From NCBI GenBank assembly GCA_021158055.1, contig JAGGVJ010000014.1, positions 1 to 24,371 of the forward strand: a stretch of DNA of 24,371 nt. Reading direction: 5' to 3'. Made by a program: the position numbers and the translations under genes. The notes beneath the pieces were generated by a model, which was not told the DNA's origin, did not search any database, and saw nothing but the letters and a program-made list of their open reading frames with translations. This stretch comes from Candidatus Iainarchaeum sp. (GTDB lineage Archaea > Iainarchaeota > Iainarchaeia > JAGGVJ01). This document shows positions 1-7,441 of this stretch, piece by piece; within the stretch, counting starts at the first letter, position 1, and every line of letters begins with the position of its first letter.

Positions 1-836
1 ATAACTGCAAACGGTCGTTCGCCAACAGCTCTTTTTTTCGAAATTCTGTAATTCCTGTATTTTTGCTTAAACGTCAAATTTCCCCTCATCATATTTGCGT
101 TTCCTTTCGCTTTTGTTTTCGTTCTGGTGTACCATCTGTCACCGTACCGGACTTCGTTTTTGTCATCCAGGTTAATTTTACTGTCATGCACTGACGCTGT
201 TGTAACCTTATATTTTCTTATGAACTGCCTTTCCGAATCAACTTTCACGTGAGACTTGTAACCGTAATGCACCTGATTATTCTTAACTGAAAAAGTAGCG
301 TCCGCATCAATGTGTCGCTTTTGCTTTTCAGTATATTTAACCTTCTCGCCTTTCTTTTTCGCTTTTTTCTCTTTGTAGTGTCTTTTTTTGCCTAAATCCG
401 ATTCAATAAAAGTCGCGTCCTGAATAACCCCATTTTTAACAGCGTAACCTTTGGCATCAAGCTGTCTTTGAAGCTCGCTCCAAATCTTCCTGTCAACACC
501 CTCGTTTTTAAGACGCTCTCTTATCTTCCAAATCGTGCTGAAATCAGGAACGTTCTTTGGAAAATCAAGAAAATTACGAAAACTCAACCTGTCACACACC
601 TGAAACTCAAGCTCCGGGTCAGACAAACCATACCACGCCTGAAGAAGCATAACCCTCACAACCACCACCTCATCAGTATGCGGCCTCCCGCCACGCTCCT
701 TATCATCAAAAAACACACTTGAAACCAAAGGCACAAACGGAGCCCAATCAACCTTATTCTTCATCAAAGAAAGACGATCACCCAAACCACTCACTTTCTT
801 ATAACTATCCCTCAAAACAAACTGACTAAAATCCAC
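1..836 (-). CDS. IS5-family DDE transposase (DUF772 + DDE_Tnp_1 type), 3' end runs off the window
   Basis: Manual translation from GTG at 836 gives MDFSQFVLRDSYKKVSGLGDRL...GGRPHTDEVVVVRVMLLQAWYGLSDPELEFQVCDRLSFRNFL...VPDFSTIWKIRERL...IQDATFIE...HYGYKSHVKVD...TTASVHDS...GDRWY...KRAVGERPFAV, open to position 1. The GRP, LQxWYxLSD, PDxSTI, DAT, GYKxH, HD and ExxF motifs are typical of IS5. Missing from the ORF track because there is no stop inside the window. Confidence 0.92.
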   Translation of the reverse strand, partial: MDFSQFVLRDSYKKVSGLGDRLSLMKNKVDWAPFVPLVSSVFFDDKERGGRPHTDEVVVVRVMLLQAWYGLSDPELEFQVCDRLSFRNFLDFPKNVPDFSTIWKIRERLKNEGVDRKIWSELQRQLDAKGYAVKNGVIQDATFIESDLGKKRHYKEKKAKKKGEKVKYTEKQKRHIDADATFSVKNNQVHYGYKSHVKVDSERQFIRKYKVTTASVHDSKINLDDKNEVRYGDRWYTRTKTKAKGNANMMRGNLTFKQKYRNYRISKKRAVGERPFAV

Positions 837-906
837 ACCAACACCCCAATATTAATAAATACCAACACATATTACTACTTTACTAAAGGGGTTATTCAAA
901 ACTCTC
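1..906 (-). mobile_element. IS5-family insertion sequence (partial); candidate terminal inverted repeat at 888-906
   Basis: Transposase as above. Minus-strand GAGAGTTTTGAATAACCCC (906-888) lies about 50 nt upstream of the start and is bordered by TATA (907-910), a possible target site. The other end is outside the window, so the TIR is unconfirmed. Confidence 0.65.
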
Positions 907-931
907 TATAGTAAAGAGATTTATAACTTAT

Positions 932-2032
932 TCACAAGACATAACCATTTGCGTCCTCAATCAATCCAAATCCCGAACCTAATCCACTTGCATCAATATC
1001 AAGGTCTTCTATAAATATATCAGTAACTTCGCTTAAGTATTCGATATAAGTAAAAGAACCGATTTTTTCAAATACAAATTTATGGGAAGAATAAGACTTT
1101 AAAGAGGTGAAAAATTTCCCTTTATTTGCTGTAATTATCCATCGCGGATTATTTTTTCCGAATTTCTTTATGGTTAAATCTTTGAAGATATATTTTTTAT
1201 CTTTTTCATTATCGTAAAATGTAAGCACTGATGACAATTTGTGGTTAAATACTGATAGTTCTATTCTTGGCTCATAGTAAGTTATAATAGAACCGTTTGA
1301 AAATACGATTCTTCCCCAGTACCATGGAACAAAAGGACCGACCACAACAACTTTTTGAACATAGCATTTTCCAGAGAACTTTTTTTTATTTAACATTCCT
1401 GTAAAATCAAAGTATAAATCTATCAAGGTATAACCAGCGAATGATTTAAAATAATTGCTAAAACCAAAATGATCTGAATTATCTTTTGGTTTTGTTATTT
1501 TTAGATTTACAAGTTCTTTGTTATTCTTGGATATATTAAGGAAATAATCAGGAAACTTCCCTTTGTAATTTATTTTATATTGTTCATCAGAAGCTGTAAT
1601 GTTGTCAGGATTCATTGATATTGAACTTTTACCATCTAATATCAAATCTTTTTTATTATCATAAAACCAGACCGTCATATAACCATTTCTTCCGTTCTGT
1701 TTTCCGCATTTCACTTTTGTTTTATTTATTTTTATAATCTCCGAACTGTCTCCGAACATCACAAGAAGTTGTCTTTTGTCTTCGGGTTCTGTTGATGTAA
1801 ATTTCATAAACCAGTATTCTTTGCCGGTGGGGGGCAGATCTTCAAAACAAAAAAACATGGGGTCAATCTCGTGCGTAGAATTTTTTGTTTTTTTAAGTTC
1901 AATTAAGGACTTATACTTGGAATTAATCTGTTTGATTTTTTCTTTAAACTGCTTTTTTTCAATACTTGATAAGGTCTGGATATATTTATTTAGGGTATTG
2001 AATGCATCATCCTTCAGTTTTTTTATTTTCAT
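932..2032 (-). CDS. Uncharacterised protein, probable AttH/CrtC/tocopherol-cyclase-like double beta-barrel
   Basis: 366 aa with AAGGCGA SD-like site upstream. Basic helical N-terminus, then a beta-rich aromatic body with KEYWFMKF, FSGKCYVQK, PWYWGR and a C-terminal GFGLIE, resembling the EWWY / GxxYxD / WxW / GxGxxE landmarks of this superfamily. The fold call is an inference. Confidence 0.6.
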   Translation of the reverse strand: MKIKKLKDDAFNTLNKYIQTLSSIEKKQFKEKIKQINSKYKSLIELKKTKNSTHEIDPMFFCFEDLPPTGKEYWFMKFTSTEPEDKRQLLVMFGDSSEIIKINKTKVKCGKQNGRNGYMTVWFYDNKKDLILDGKSSISMNPDNITASDEQYKINYKGKFPDYFLNISKNNKELVNLKITKPKDNSDHFGFSNYFKSFAGYTLIDLYFDFTGMLNKKKFSGKCYVQKVVVVGPFVPWYWGRIVFSNGSIITYYEPRIELSVFNHKLSSVLTFYDNEKDKKYIFKDLTIKKFGKNNPRWIITANKGKFFTSLKSYSSHKFVFEKIGSFTYIEYLSEVTDIFIEDLDIDASGLGSGFGLIEDANGYVL

Positions 2033-2088
2033 ATTTTATCGCCTTTATTAAACTTAAAATCCGTTTTTTTTTTCTGTAATTTTTGGTT

Positions 2089-3582
2089 TTATGATTCAAT
2101 ATTCAGCGGTTTGCTGAATTTTTTTTCTACAATCGGCCTGTGAATATAATTATACGAGCAAAAAGGGATTATTCTATCATCGGGTGTGGAATAATGGACA
2201 ATGCAGCTCTGGACTCTCTGGCAGTCAAAATTATAACGGTCCATAAAATGCATAGCGCCAATCATCACTGATTTTTCGGCAAATATTTCCATCGCTTTTG
2301 CATCTCCTTTCAAAAAATTAATAATAAGTTTAGTTATATTCATTGATTTTGGCATTTTTGCTTTATCAACCAATTCAGGAATTTCTTTTATAATTTTAGC
2401 TATTGCCTTTACTTTCCAGATGCTGTGATTTTTTTCTTCATCTTCAGTTAGTTGCTTCATCAAATCAAAAAATCCGTTGACGTCAACGAATTTTGTTATC
2501 GGGGTTATTTTTTCGTCTTCTGCATAGATGTATGTTGCAGAACCGCAGGCAGGATGGCAGGATAATCTGCCCAGTCGCTTGTTGTGCCATCTTTCTAAAA
2601 ACAAATTCAACGGAACCACAAAGGGAACAGAATAAAAATCATCCGGTCCTATCTGTCCTTCTGTCTGTTTTTCAAGCAAATGCATTAAATCCGGCTGAGT
2701 GATTCTCATTTTCTTGAGATCTTTATTATCAACTCTTCCTGCAAATGACAGCGGCTGAAAATTTACCCCTCTGACAACATCGGCATTTTTTACAGCAAAT
2801 TTCACTATATCTCCTGCTTCTTTGTCATTGACGCCTCCGATCAATGTCGGGACCAGAACAATTTGCTTAAAATTCATCTGCCTGCAGTTTTCAATGACTT
2901 TCAATTTTGTTGGAAGCGCATTGAAACCGCGTATTGTATGGTATGGCTCTTCTGTAACTCCGTCAAACTGAAGATATACAGTATCTAAGCCGGCATTTTT
3001 TAAGGAAGTAATATAGCTTAAATCTTTTGAGATTTTTATCCCATTTGTGGCAATAAGAATATACAGGAATCCCATTTGTTTTGCCATCCTGATTATATCA
3101 GGTAAATCCTTACGCATTGTCGGTTCCCCTCCGGAAAACATGACTGCATTACAGCCAACGGGCTTTTCGTTTGTTAAATTGCGCAGCATTTTCCTTAACT
3201 GGTCCAAGGATGGTTCATAAACATAGCCGCAAGCTTCTGAATTGGCAAAGCACACAGGGCATCGTTGATTGCATCTGTTTGTCACATCAATAATGCCAAG
3301 GATCGTGGGGCTTTTATGATTGTTGCACAATCCGCAGTCATGAGGACAGTTATTTGTTGACAGGGTGTTTGGATTTTCCAAGCCTGTGTTGTCATATTTA
3401 TCTTTTAAAAATCTTTCAAATACCTTTGCATCCCCGTAATACAAGTCTTCAAAATCACCATGCTCTTTGCAGGTTTTTTTGATAAAAATTTTGTTGTCTT
3501 TTTCTTCCACTACTGCATCAATTGTTTTGTGGCATTCCGGGCACAATGATTTTGTTTTATAGGTCATTTTTTTTAGTTTCAT
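2089..3582 (-). CDS. tes: Radical SAM enzyme of the tetraether lipid synthase / GDGT-MAS (MJ0619) family
   Basis: N-terminal rubredoxin-like CPEC...CKEH, CPHDCGLCNNH auxiliary-cluster motif, radical SAM CNQRCPVC, FSGGEPT, YLQFDG, RGVNFQP, and C-terminal SCHPACG plus MHFMDRYNFDCQRVQSCIVHY...IPFCSYN. The 497-aa length fits the family. Confidence 0.85.
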   Translation of the reverse strand: MKLKKMTYKTKSLCPECHKTIDAVVEEKDNKIFIKKTCKEHGDFEDLYYGDAKVFERFLKDKYDNTGLENPNTLSTNNCPHDCGLCNNHKSPTILGIIDVTNRCNQRCPVCFANSEACGYVYEPSLDQLRKMLRNLTNEKPVGCNAVMFSGGEPTMRKDLPDIIRMAKQMGFLYILIATNGIKISKDLSYITSLKNAGLDTVYLQFDGVTEEPYHTIRGFNALPTKLKVIENCRQMNFKQIVLVPTLIGGVNDKEAGDIVKFAVKNADVVRGVNFQPLSFAGRVDNKDLKKMRITQPDLMHLLEKQTEGQIGPDDFYSVPFVVPLNLFLERWHNKRLGRLSCHPACGSATYIYAEDEKITPITKFVDVNGFFDLMKQLTEDEEKNHSIWKVKAIAKIIKEIPELVDKAKMPKSMNITKLIINFLKGDAKAMEIFAEKSVMIGAMHFMDRYNFDCQRVQSCIVHYSTPDDRIIPFCSYNYIHRPIVEKKFSKPLNIES

Positions 3583-3761
3583 ATTATATCACATCCATAT
3601 GATGTCGCATTAAGTAAACATAGGAAATTATTTTTCAAGTCGGCAACAGCACTGATTACGGGATTATCCGGATCATAAAAAGGTCTGCTTGCGCTCATTG
3701 TCATTAATAACATTGCAATAGCAGCAGAGGGGGTTAGCTTGTGTTTTATTTTATATTTCAT
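3579..3761 (-). CDS. Small 60-aa protein/peptide, translationally coupled to the radical SAM gene
   Basis: Its stop overlaps the rSAM start (ATGA, 3582-3579). It is preceded by the same AAGGCGA SD-like motif as the 366-aa gene and lies directly downstream of an operator candidate. Basic N-terminus, hydrophobic stretch and two C-terminal Cys. Confidence 0.6.
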   Translation of the reverse strand: MKYKIKHKLTPSAAIAMLLMTMSASRPFYDPDNPVISAVADLKNNFLCLLNATSYGCDII

Positions 3762-3810
3762 AATTATGTTCGCCTTATATAATATTGTCCCTATTTATTT
3801 GTTTTAACTT

Positions 3811-3830
3811 ATTTCAGTTTTTTGTGAAAT
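3811..3830. promoter_or_regulatory. Palindromic operator candidate ATTTCA-N8-TGAAAT upstream of the peptide-rSAM operon
   Basis: ATTTCAGTTTTTTGTGAAAT, 18/20 identical to the copy at 4344-4363. Confidence 0.7.
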
Positions 3831-3846
3831 TTAGGGCTAAAAAAAA

Positions 3847-4341
3847 TCACCCCAATAAATTCTTTATCTTTTCACCTGTAATTTTTTTCATGCTTATCAT
3901 TTTTCCAAACCAACCAAGATACATCTCAAGTTGTTTATATTCTGCAGTCAATCTTAACAATTTTGGATTTTTGTTTTTTTCATTTATCATATCCAAATGA
4001 TTGATAAGGGGACTGATATCGTGTTTTAATTGTCTTTTAATTAGTATGTTGAACGCTTCAATAAAGGATAACTCTAATTCGTATAGTTTTTCTCTTCCCG
4101 TCCCTCTAATAGACCTTATTAAATTTAATGATTCAAGAATTTTCAAACTAGGACTTACCAGACTTAAACTGTAATCTGTTTTCGTTGCTATATTTTTTTG
4201 AGAAAGAGGATATTCTGCAAATAAAAGCGTCGCCCATACTCTGCCGGCAGGTTCTCCGAGGCTCCACTGTTTGGAGATTTTTCCAGTCCGGTCAATAAAC
4301 TCTTTCTCAATTTTTGATATGTTTTGCTCCATTAGATTCAC
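3847..4341 (-). CDS. GbsR/MarR-type winged-helix transcriptional regulator
   Basis: QWSLGEPAGRVWATLLFAEYPLSQKNIATKTDYSLSLVSPSLKILESLNLIRSIRGTGREKLYE matches the GbsR-like pattern (WGxxxxxGRxxxxL...PLS..EI.....S...VS..L..L), followed by a C-terminal helical dimerisation region. Confidence 0.8.
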   Translation of the reverse strand: MNLMEQNISKIEKEFIDRTGKISKQWSLGEPAGRVWATLLFAEYPLSQKNIATKTDYSLSLVSPSLKILESLNLIRSIRGTGREKLYELELSFIEAFNILIKRQLKHDISPLINHLDMINEKNKNPKLLRLTAEYKQLEMYLGWFGKMISMKKITGEKIKNLLG

Positions 4342-4343
4342 AA

Positions 4344-4363
4344 ATTTCAGTTTTTAATGAAAT
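4344..4363. promoter_or_regulatory. Palindromic operator candidate (autoregulatory) immediately upstream of the regulator
   Basis: ATTTCAGTTTTTAATGAAAT lies between the regulator start and an AT-rich TATA-like stretch (about 4367-4386). Confidence 0.7.
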
Positions 4364-4616
4364 ATGTATAAATATATTTATAAATATTACTGTTTTCTGA
4401 ACGACAGGATTCCTCATAAATTATGAAGAACTCTTTATATTCTTATTTTAAAAAAGGAACCCATTGATCCTACGAACATTTACTCTCCTTTCGGTCAGGT
4501 CTTGAACCTGGGATAAACCAATAACTAAGGTTCGCTTTAAACAAGTTATGCAACAGAACCTCGAAAAAACACAATTAATTTAATACATTTAAGCCCAAGT
4601 TATAGAGGGCGATAGT

Positions 4617-5537
4617 ATTTCGTTTAAAGGAAGGAGCTTGATTTCAATATCTGATTTTTCAAGTAAGGAATGTGACAGGATTTTTGAGCTGGCGTCGGAG
4701 TATAAGCAGAACGGCGCTGAAAATGAGTGTTCCGGTAAGATTCTTGGAAGCGCGTTTTTTGAGCCGAGCACGAGAACGATGCTTTCTTTTCATTCGGCAA
4801 TGCAGCGTTTGGGCGGGAATGTTCTTGGGTTTTCTGACACGTCGACTACTTCTGTGAAAAAGGGCGAGTGTCTTGCAGACACGATGCGCACTCTTGCAGC
4901 TTATTGTGACCTGATGGTGATAAGGCATCCAAACGAGGGTTCTGCAAAACTTTCTTCAGAGTTTGCTTCTGTCCCGGTTATCAATGCAGGGGACGGGGGA
5001 AGAGAACATCCGACCCAGACTTTGCTTGATTTGTTTACGATAAAAGAGAATAAGGATTCTGTAAAGGGCTTGAATGTTGTCCTTTGCGGTGACCTTAAAT
5101 ACGGCCGCACAGTGCATTCTCTTGCCATGGCTCTTGCCGGGATGGGTGCAGATATAACTTGCGTGTCACCTCCCGAACTGAAAATGCCTGAATCAGTCAC
5201 TACGTGTCTTGAGAGAAAACACAAAGTAAGTGTGGTTGAAGAAAATGAATTGTCTTCTGCTGTGAAAGATGCTGACGTCTTGTACATGACAAGGATTCAG
5301 AAGGAGCGTTTTGGAAGCCCTGAAGAATATGCAAAGGTGAAAGACTGTTACGTGGTGAATAAGGAGATCATGTCAAAGGCAAATGAAAATATGCTTTTGA
5401 TGCATCCTCTTCCGCGGGTAAACGAAATTTCTCTTGATGTTGATTCTGACAAGAGGGCGATTTTTTTTGAACAGGCGCTGAACGGTGTTTTTGTTCGCAT
5501 GGCGCTTATTTCTTTGATTTTGGGGGTGAGGGATTGA
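4617..5537 (+). CDS. pyrB: Aspartate carbamoyltransferase catalytic subunit
   Basis: FFEPSTRT, IRHP, NAGDG, HPTQ, GDLKYGRTVHSL, YMTRIQKERF and HPLPR motifs. Start extended from TTG 4638 to a proposed ATT at 4617 to restore the conserved FKGR-x-LISI N-terminus. Confidence 0.96.
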   Translation: MSFKGRSLISISDFSSKECDRIFELASEYKQNGAENECSGKILGSAFFEPSTRTMLSFHSAMQRLGGNVLGFSDTSTTSVKKGECLADTMRTLAAYCDLMVIRHPNEGSAKLSSEFASVPVINAGDGGREHPTQTLLDLFTIKENKDSVKGLNVVLCGDLKYGRTVHSLAMALAGMGADITCVSPPELKMPESVTTCLERKHKVSVVEENELSSAVKDADVLYMTRIQKERFGSPEEYAKVKDCYVVNKEIMSKANENMLLMHPLPRVNEISLDVDSDKRAIFFEQALNGVFVRMALISLILGVRD

Positions 5538-5995
5538 GCCTGAAAGTGGATGTGATAGGGAACGGAACAGTTATTGATCATATTCCGGGCGGCCGGGGTC
5601 TTCTTTGCCTTAAGGTGCTTGGTATTGAATCAATTGACAGCCCGGTTATCCTTCTTTCAAACGTGTCTTCCAATAACAAGGGTGGAAAAAAGGATTTGAT
5701 TAAGATAGAGGACAGGTTTCTCACGCCAAAAGAGCACAACAAGCTTGCTATAATTGCCCCGGGCGCAACGGTCAATATAATAAATGACACGCATGTAACA
5801 GATAAAAGGCTGATTTCTGTTCCTGAAAAGTTTGTTGATGTGATTTGCTGCACAAACCCGAATTGCGTTTCAAACACGGAGAGTTATATTTCAAGCAGTT
5901 TTGCAGTTGAACGAAAGGAGCCGCTTGAAGTCCGTTGCAGCTATTGCGACAGGGTTGTTGGAGCAAAGCAGTTGTTGCGTCAGGTAATCGGTTAA
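5534..5995 (+). CDS. pyrI: Aspartate carbamoyltransferase regulatory subunit
   Basis: GTVIDHI, KKDLIKIE, ATVNII and the Zn-binding CxNPNCVS...RCSYC. Overlaps the pyrB stop (TTGA). Confidence 0.96.
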   Translation: MSLKVDVIGNGTVIDHIPGGRGLLCLKVLGIESIDSPVILLSNVSSNNKGGKKDLIKIEDRFLTPKEHNKLAIIAPGATVNIINDTHVTDKRLISVPEKFVDVICCTNPNCVSNTESYISSSFAVERKEPLEVRCSYCDRVVGAKQLLRQVIG

Positions 5996-6036
5996 TTTGT
6001 TGCGTCAGGTATGGGTTATTTATTGTTGCTGCAGGT
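5972..6036. repeat. Degenerate ~25-bp direct repeat duplicating the pyrI 3' end
   Basis: TTGTTGCGTCAGGTA at 5972-5986 and 5997-6011, with a degenerate third copy TTGTTGCTGCAGGT at 6023-6036. Confidence 0.6.
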
Positions 6037-6066
6037 GTCGTTGATTGCCCCTTTGCAGATAATCAG

Positions 6067-7314
6067 TTATCCTGTTAGGCAGTAGTTGACTTCAAGGAAG
6101 TTTTTCCTTAGTTCTTTGACGTCTTCTTTTACGTTTTTGTTTTCAATGACTGCTTTTTTTATGAGTTCTGCAATTTCAGTCATTTCGCTTTCTTTCATTC
6201 CCCACCGCGTCATTTCCTGTGTTCCGATCCTTATTCCGGCAGGGCTTTTCATTGTTTTTGAGTTTATTTTTTCACCGGGAATGAAGTTTTTGTTGAGGAT
6301 GATGTTCATTGATTCAAGAAGTTCTGCTACGTGTTTTCCGCCGCCGTGGCTTGTTGCGTCAAAGAGGACCTGGTGGCTTTGGGTGAATCCGTTGTTTTCG
6401 GCTTTCACGTCAAACCCGCGTTCAAAAAGTGCTTGTGCGAGCGCTTTTGCGTTTTTTATTGTCTGGGTTGCGTAGTCCTGTCCGAAGGTAATCATTTCCT
6501 GCGCGGTGACTGCAAGCGAGAACAGTTTGTGTTGGTGGAAGTTGCAGGTTATTTGAGGAAATATCTTGTTTTCTATTGCCTGCCATGTTTCGTTGTCTTT
6601 TGAACTCATCACGACGCCGCTTTGCGGTCCGGGAAATGTCTTGTGGGTTGATGACGTGAGTATGTCTGCTCCTTCCCGAAACGGGTCCTGAAATGTTTTG
6701 CCGGCGATTAACCCGAAAACGTGTGCAGCGTCATACATTACGTGCGCTCCGTGTTCTTTTGCGGCTTCCGAAAGCTCTTTTATGGGGTGGGGGAAGAGCA
6801 TGACTGAACCTCCGAACAGGACTATTTTGGGTTGCTTTTCCCTGATGAGTTTTTCTGTTGCGTCGATGTCAATGTTCATTTCCTGCGCGTCGAAGGGAAA
6901 GCTGGTTTCTTTTAACCCGATCAGCCCTGCGGTGCCGAATTTTGTGTGTGACACGTGCCCTCCGTTTTGAATTGCGCTTGTCATTATCCGGTCCCCGAAG
7001 TTTGCAGTTGCAGCAAAGGCGGCCATGTTGCTTTGGGTCCCGCTTAACGGGCGGAGGTCTGTGCACTTGCATTGAAAAAGGGTGTTGAAAAGGTTTTGCG
7101 TCAGCGAGTCTATTTCGTCTATGAATCTGCTTCCCTGGTAGTGGCGTGCCCAGGTTTTTCCTTCTGCGTAGCGGTGGGCTGCGTCGTTTAGATACATTTG
7201 GTCTGCAAAGGGAGAGGTGACGTTTTCCGAAGCGATTAAGTTAATGCATTCTGTTTTTCGCCAGTTGTCCTGGTTTTCTTTTATTTCTTTTATTTTTTGA
7301 ATGGTTGCGTCCAA
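6067..7314 (-). CDS. glyA: Serine hydroxymethyltransferase (archaeal type)
   Basis: INLIASEN, YAEG, LSGTQSN, GGHVSH, YDAAH, the PLP-lysine motif SSTHKTFPGPQSG and GIRIGT. Likely start is TTG at 7314 (GGGGA SD upstream) rather than 7359. Confidence 0.96.
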   Translation of the reverse strand: MDATIQKIKEIKENQDNWRKTECINLIASENVTSPFADQMYLNDAAHRYAEGKTWARHYQGSRFIDEIDSLTQNLFNTLFQCKCTDLRPLSGTQSNMAAFAATANFGDRIMTSAIQNGGHVSHTKFGTAGLIGLKETSFPFDAQEMNIDIDATEKLIREKQPKIVLFGGSVMLFPHPIKELSEAAKEHGAHVMYDAAHVFGLIAGKTFQDPFREGADILTSSTHKTFPGPQSGVVMSSKDNETWQAIENKIFPQITCNFHQHKLFSLAVTAQEMITFGQDYATQTIKNAKALAQALFERGFDVKAENNGFTQSHQVLFDATSHGGGKHVAELLESMNIILNKNFIPGEKINSKTMKSPAGIRIGTQEMTRWGMKESEMTEIAELIKKAVIENKNVKEDVKELRKNFLEVNYCLTG

Positions 7315-7351
7315 GTAATCCCCTGTATTTTTATAAGAAGTAAAAGGCGGG

Positions 7352-7387
7352 GATGGCAAGAGAACTAAGGATTAGGCTCTCACCATC
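7352..7387 (-). promoter_or_regulatory. RNA hairpin at the 5' end of the glyA leader
   Basis: Minus-strand GATGGTGAGAG pairs with CTCTTGCCATC (11 bp, two G-U pairs), with an inner CTAA/TTAG stem. A TATA-like TTTAAATA at 7418-7411 places the TSS near its 5' end. Confidence 0.5.
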
Positions 7388-7441
7388 TAAATTAGATATG
7401 AACAAAAATATATTTAAACTGTTTGATTTTTTTAAAGAATG

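Noticed and set aside
468-722. 84-aa + strand ORF in the track
   Set aside because: It is the antisense shadow of the IS5 transposase on the minus strand.
2089-3582. 7,8-dihydro-6-hydroxymethylpterin dimethyltransferase or MoaA annotation
   Set aside because: The first is a legacy annotation of the MJ0619 family, later shown to be the tetraether/macrocyclic lipid synthase. The MoaA C-terminal motifs are absent.
7378-7390. T-box-like pairing of leader UGGUG with the tRNA-Gly 3' CACCA
   Set aside because: Only a 5-nt match, with no T-box stem I or specifier loop, so it is likely chance.
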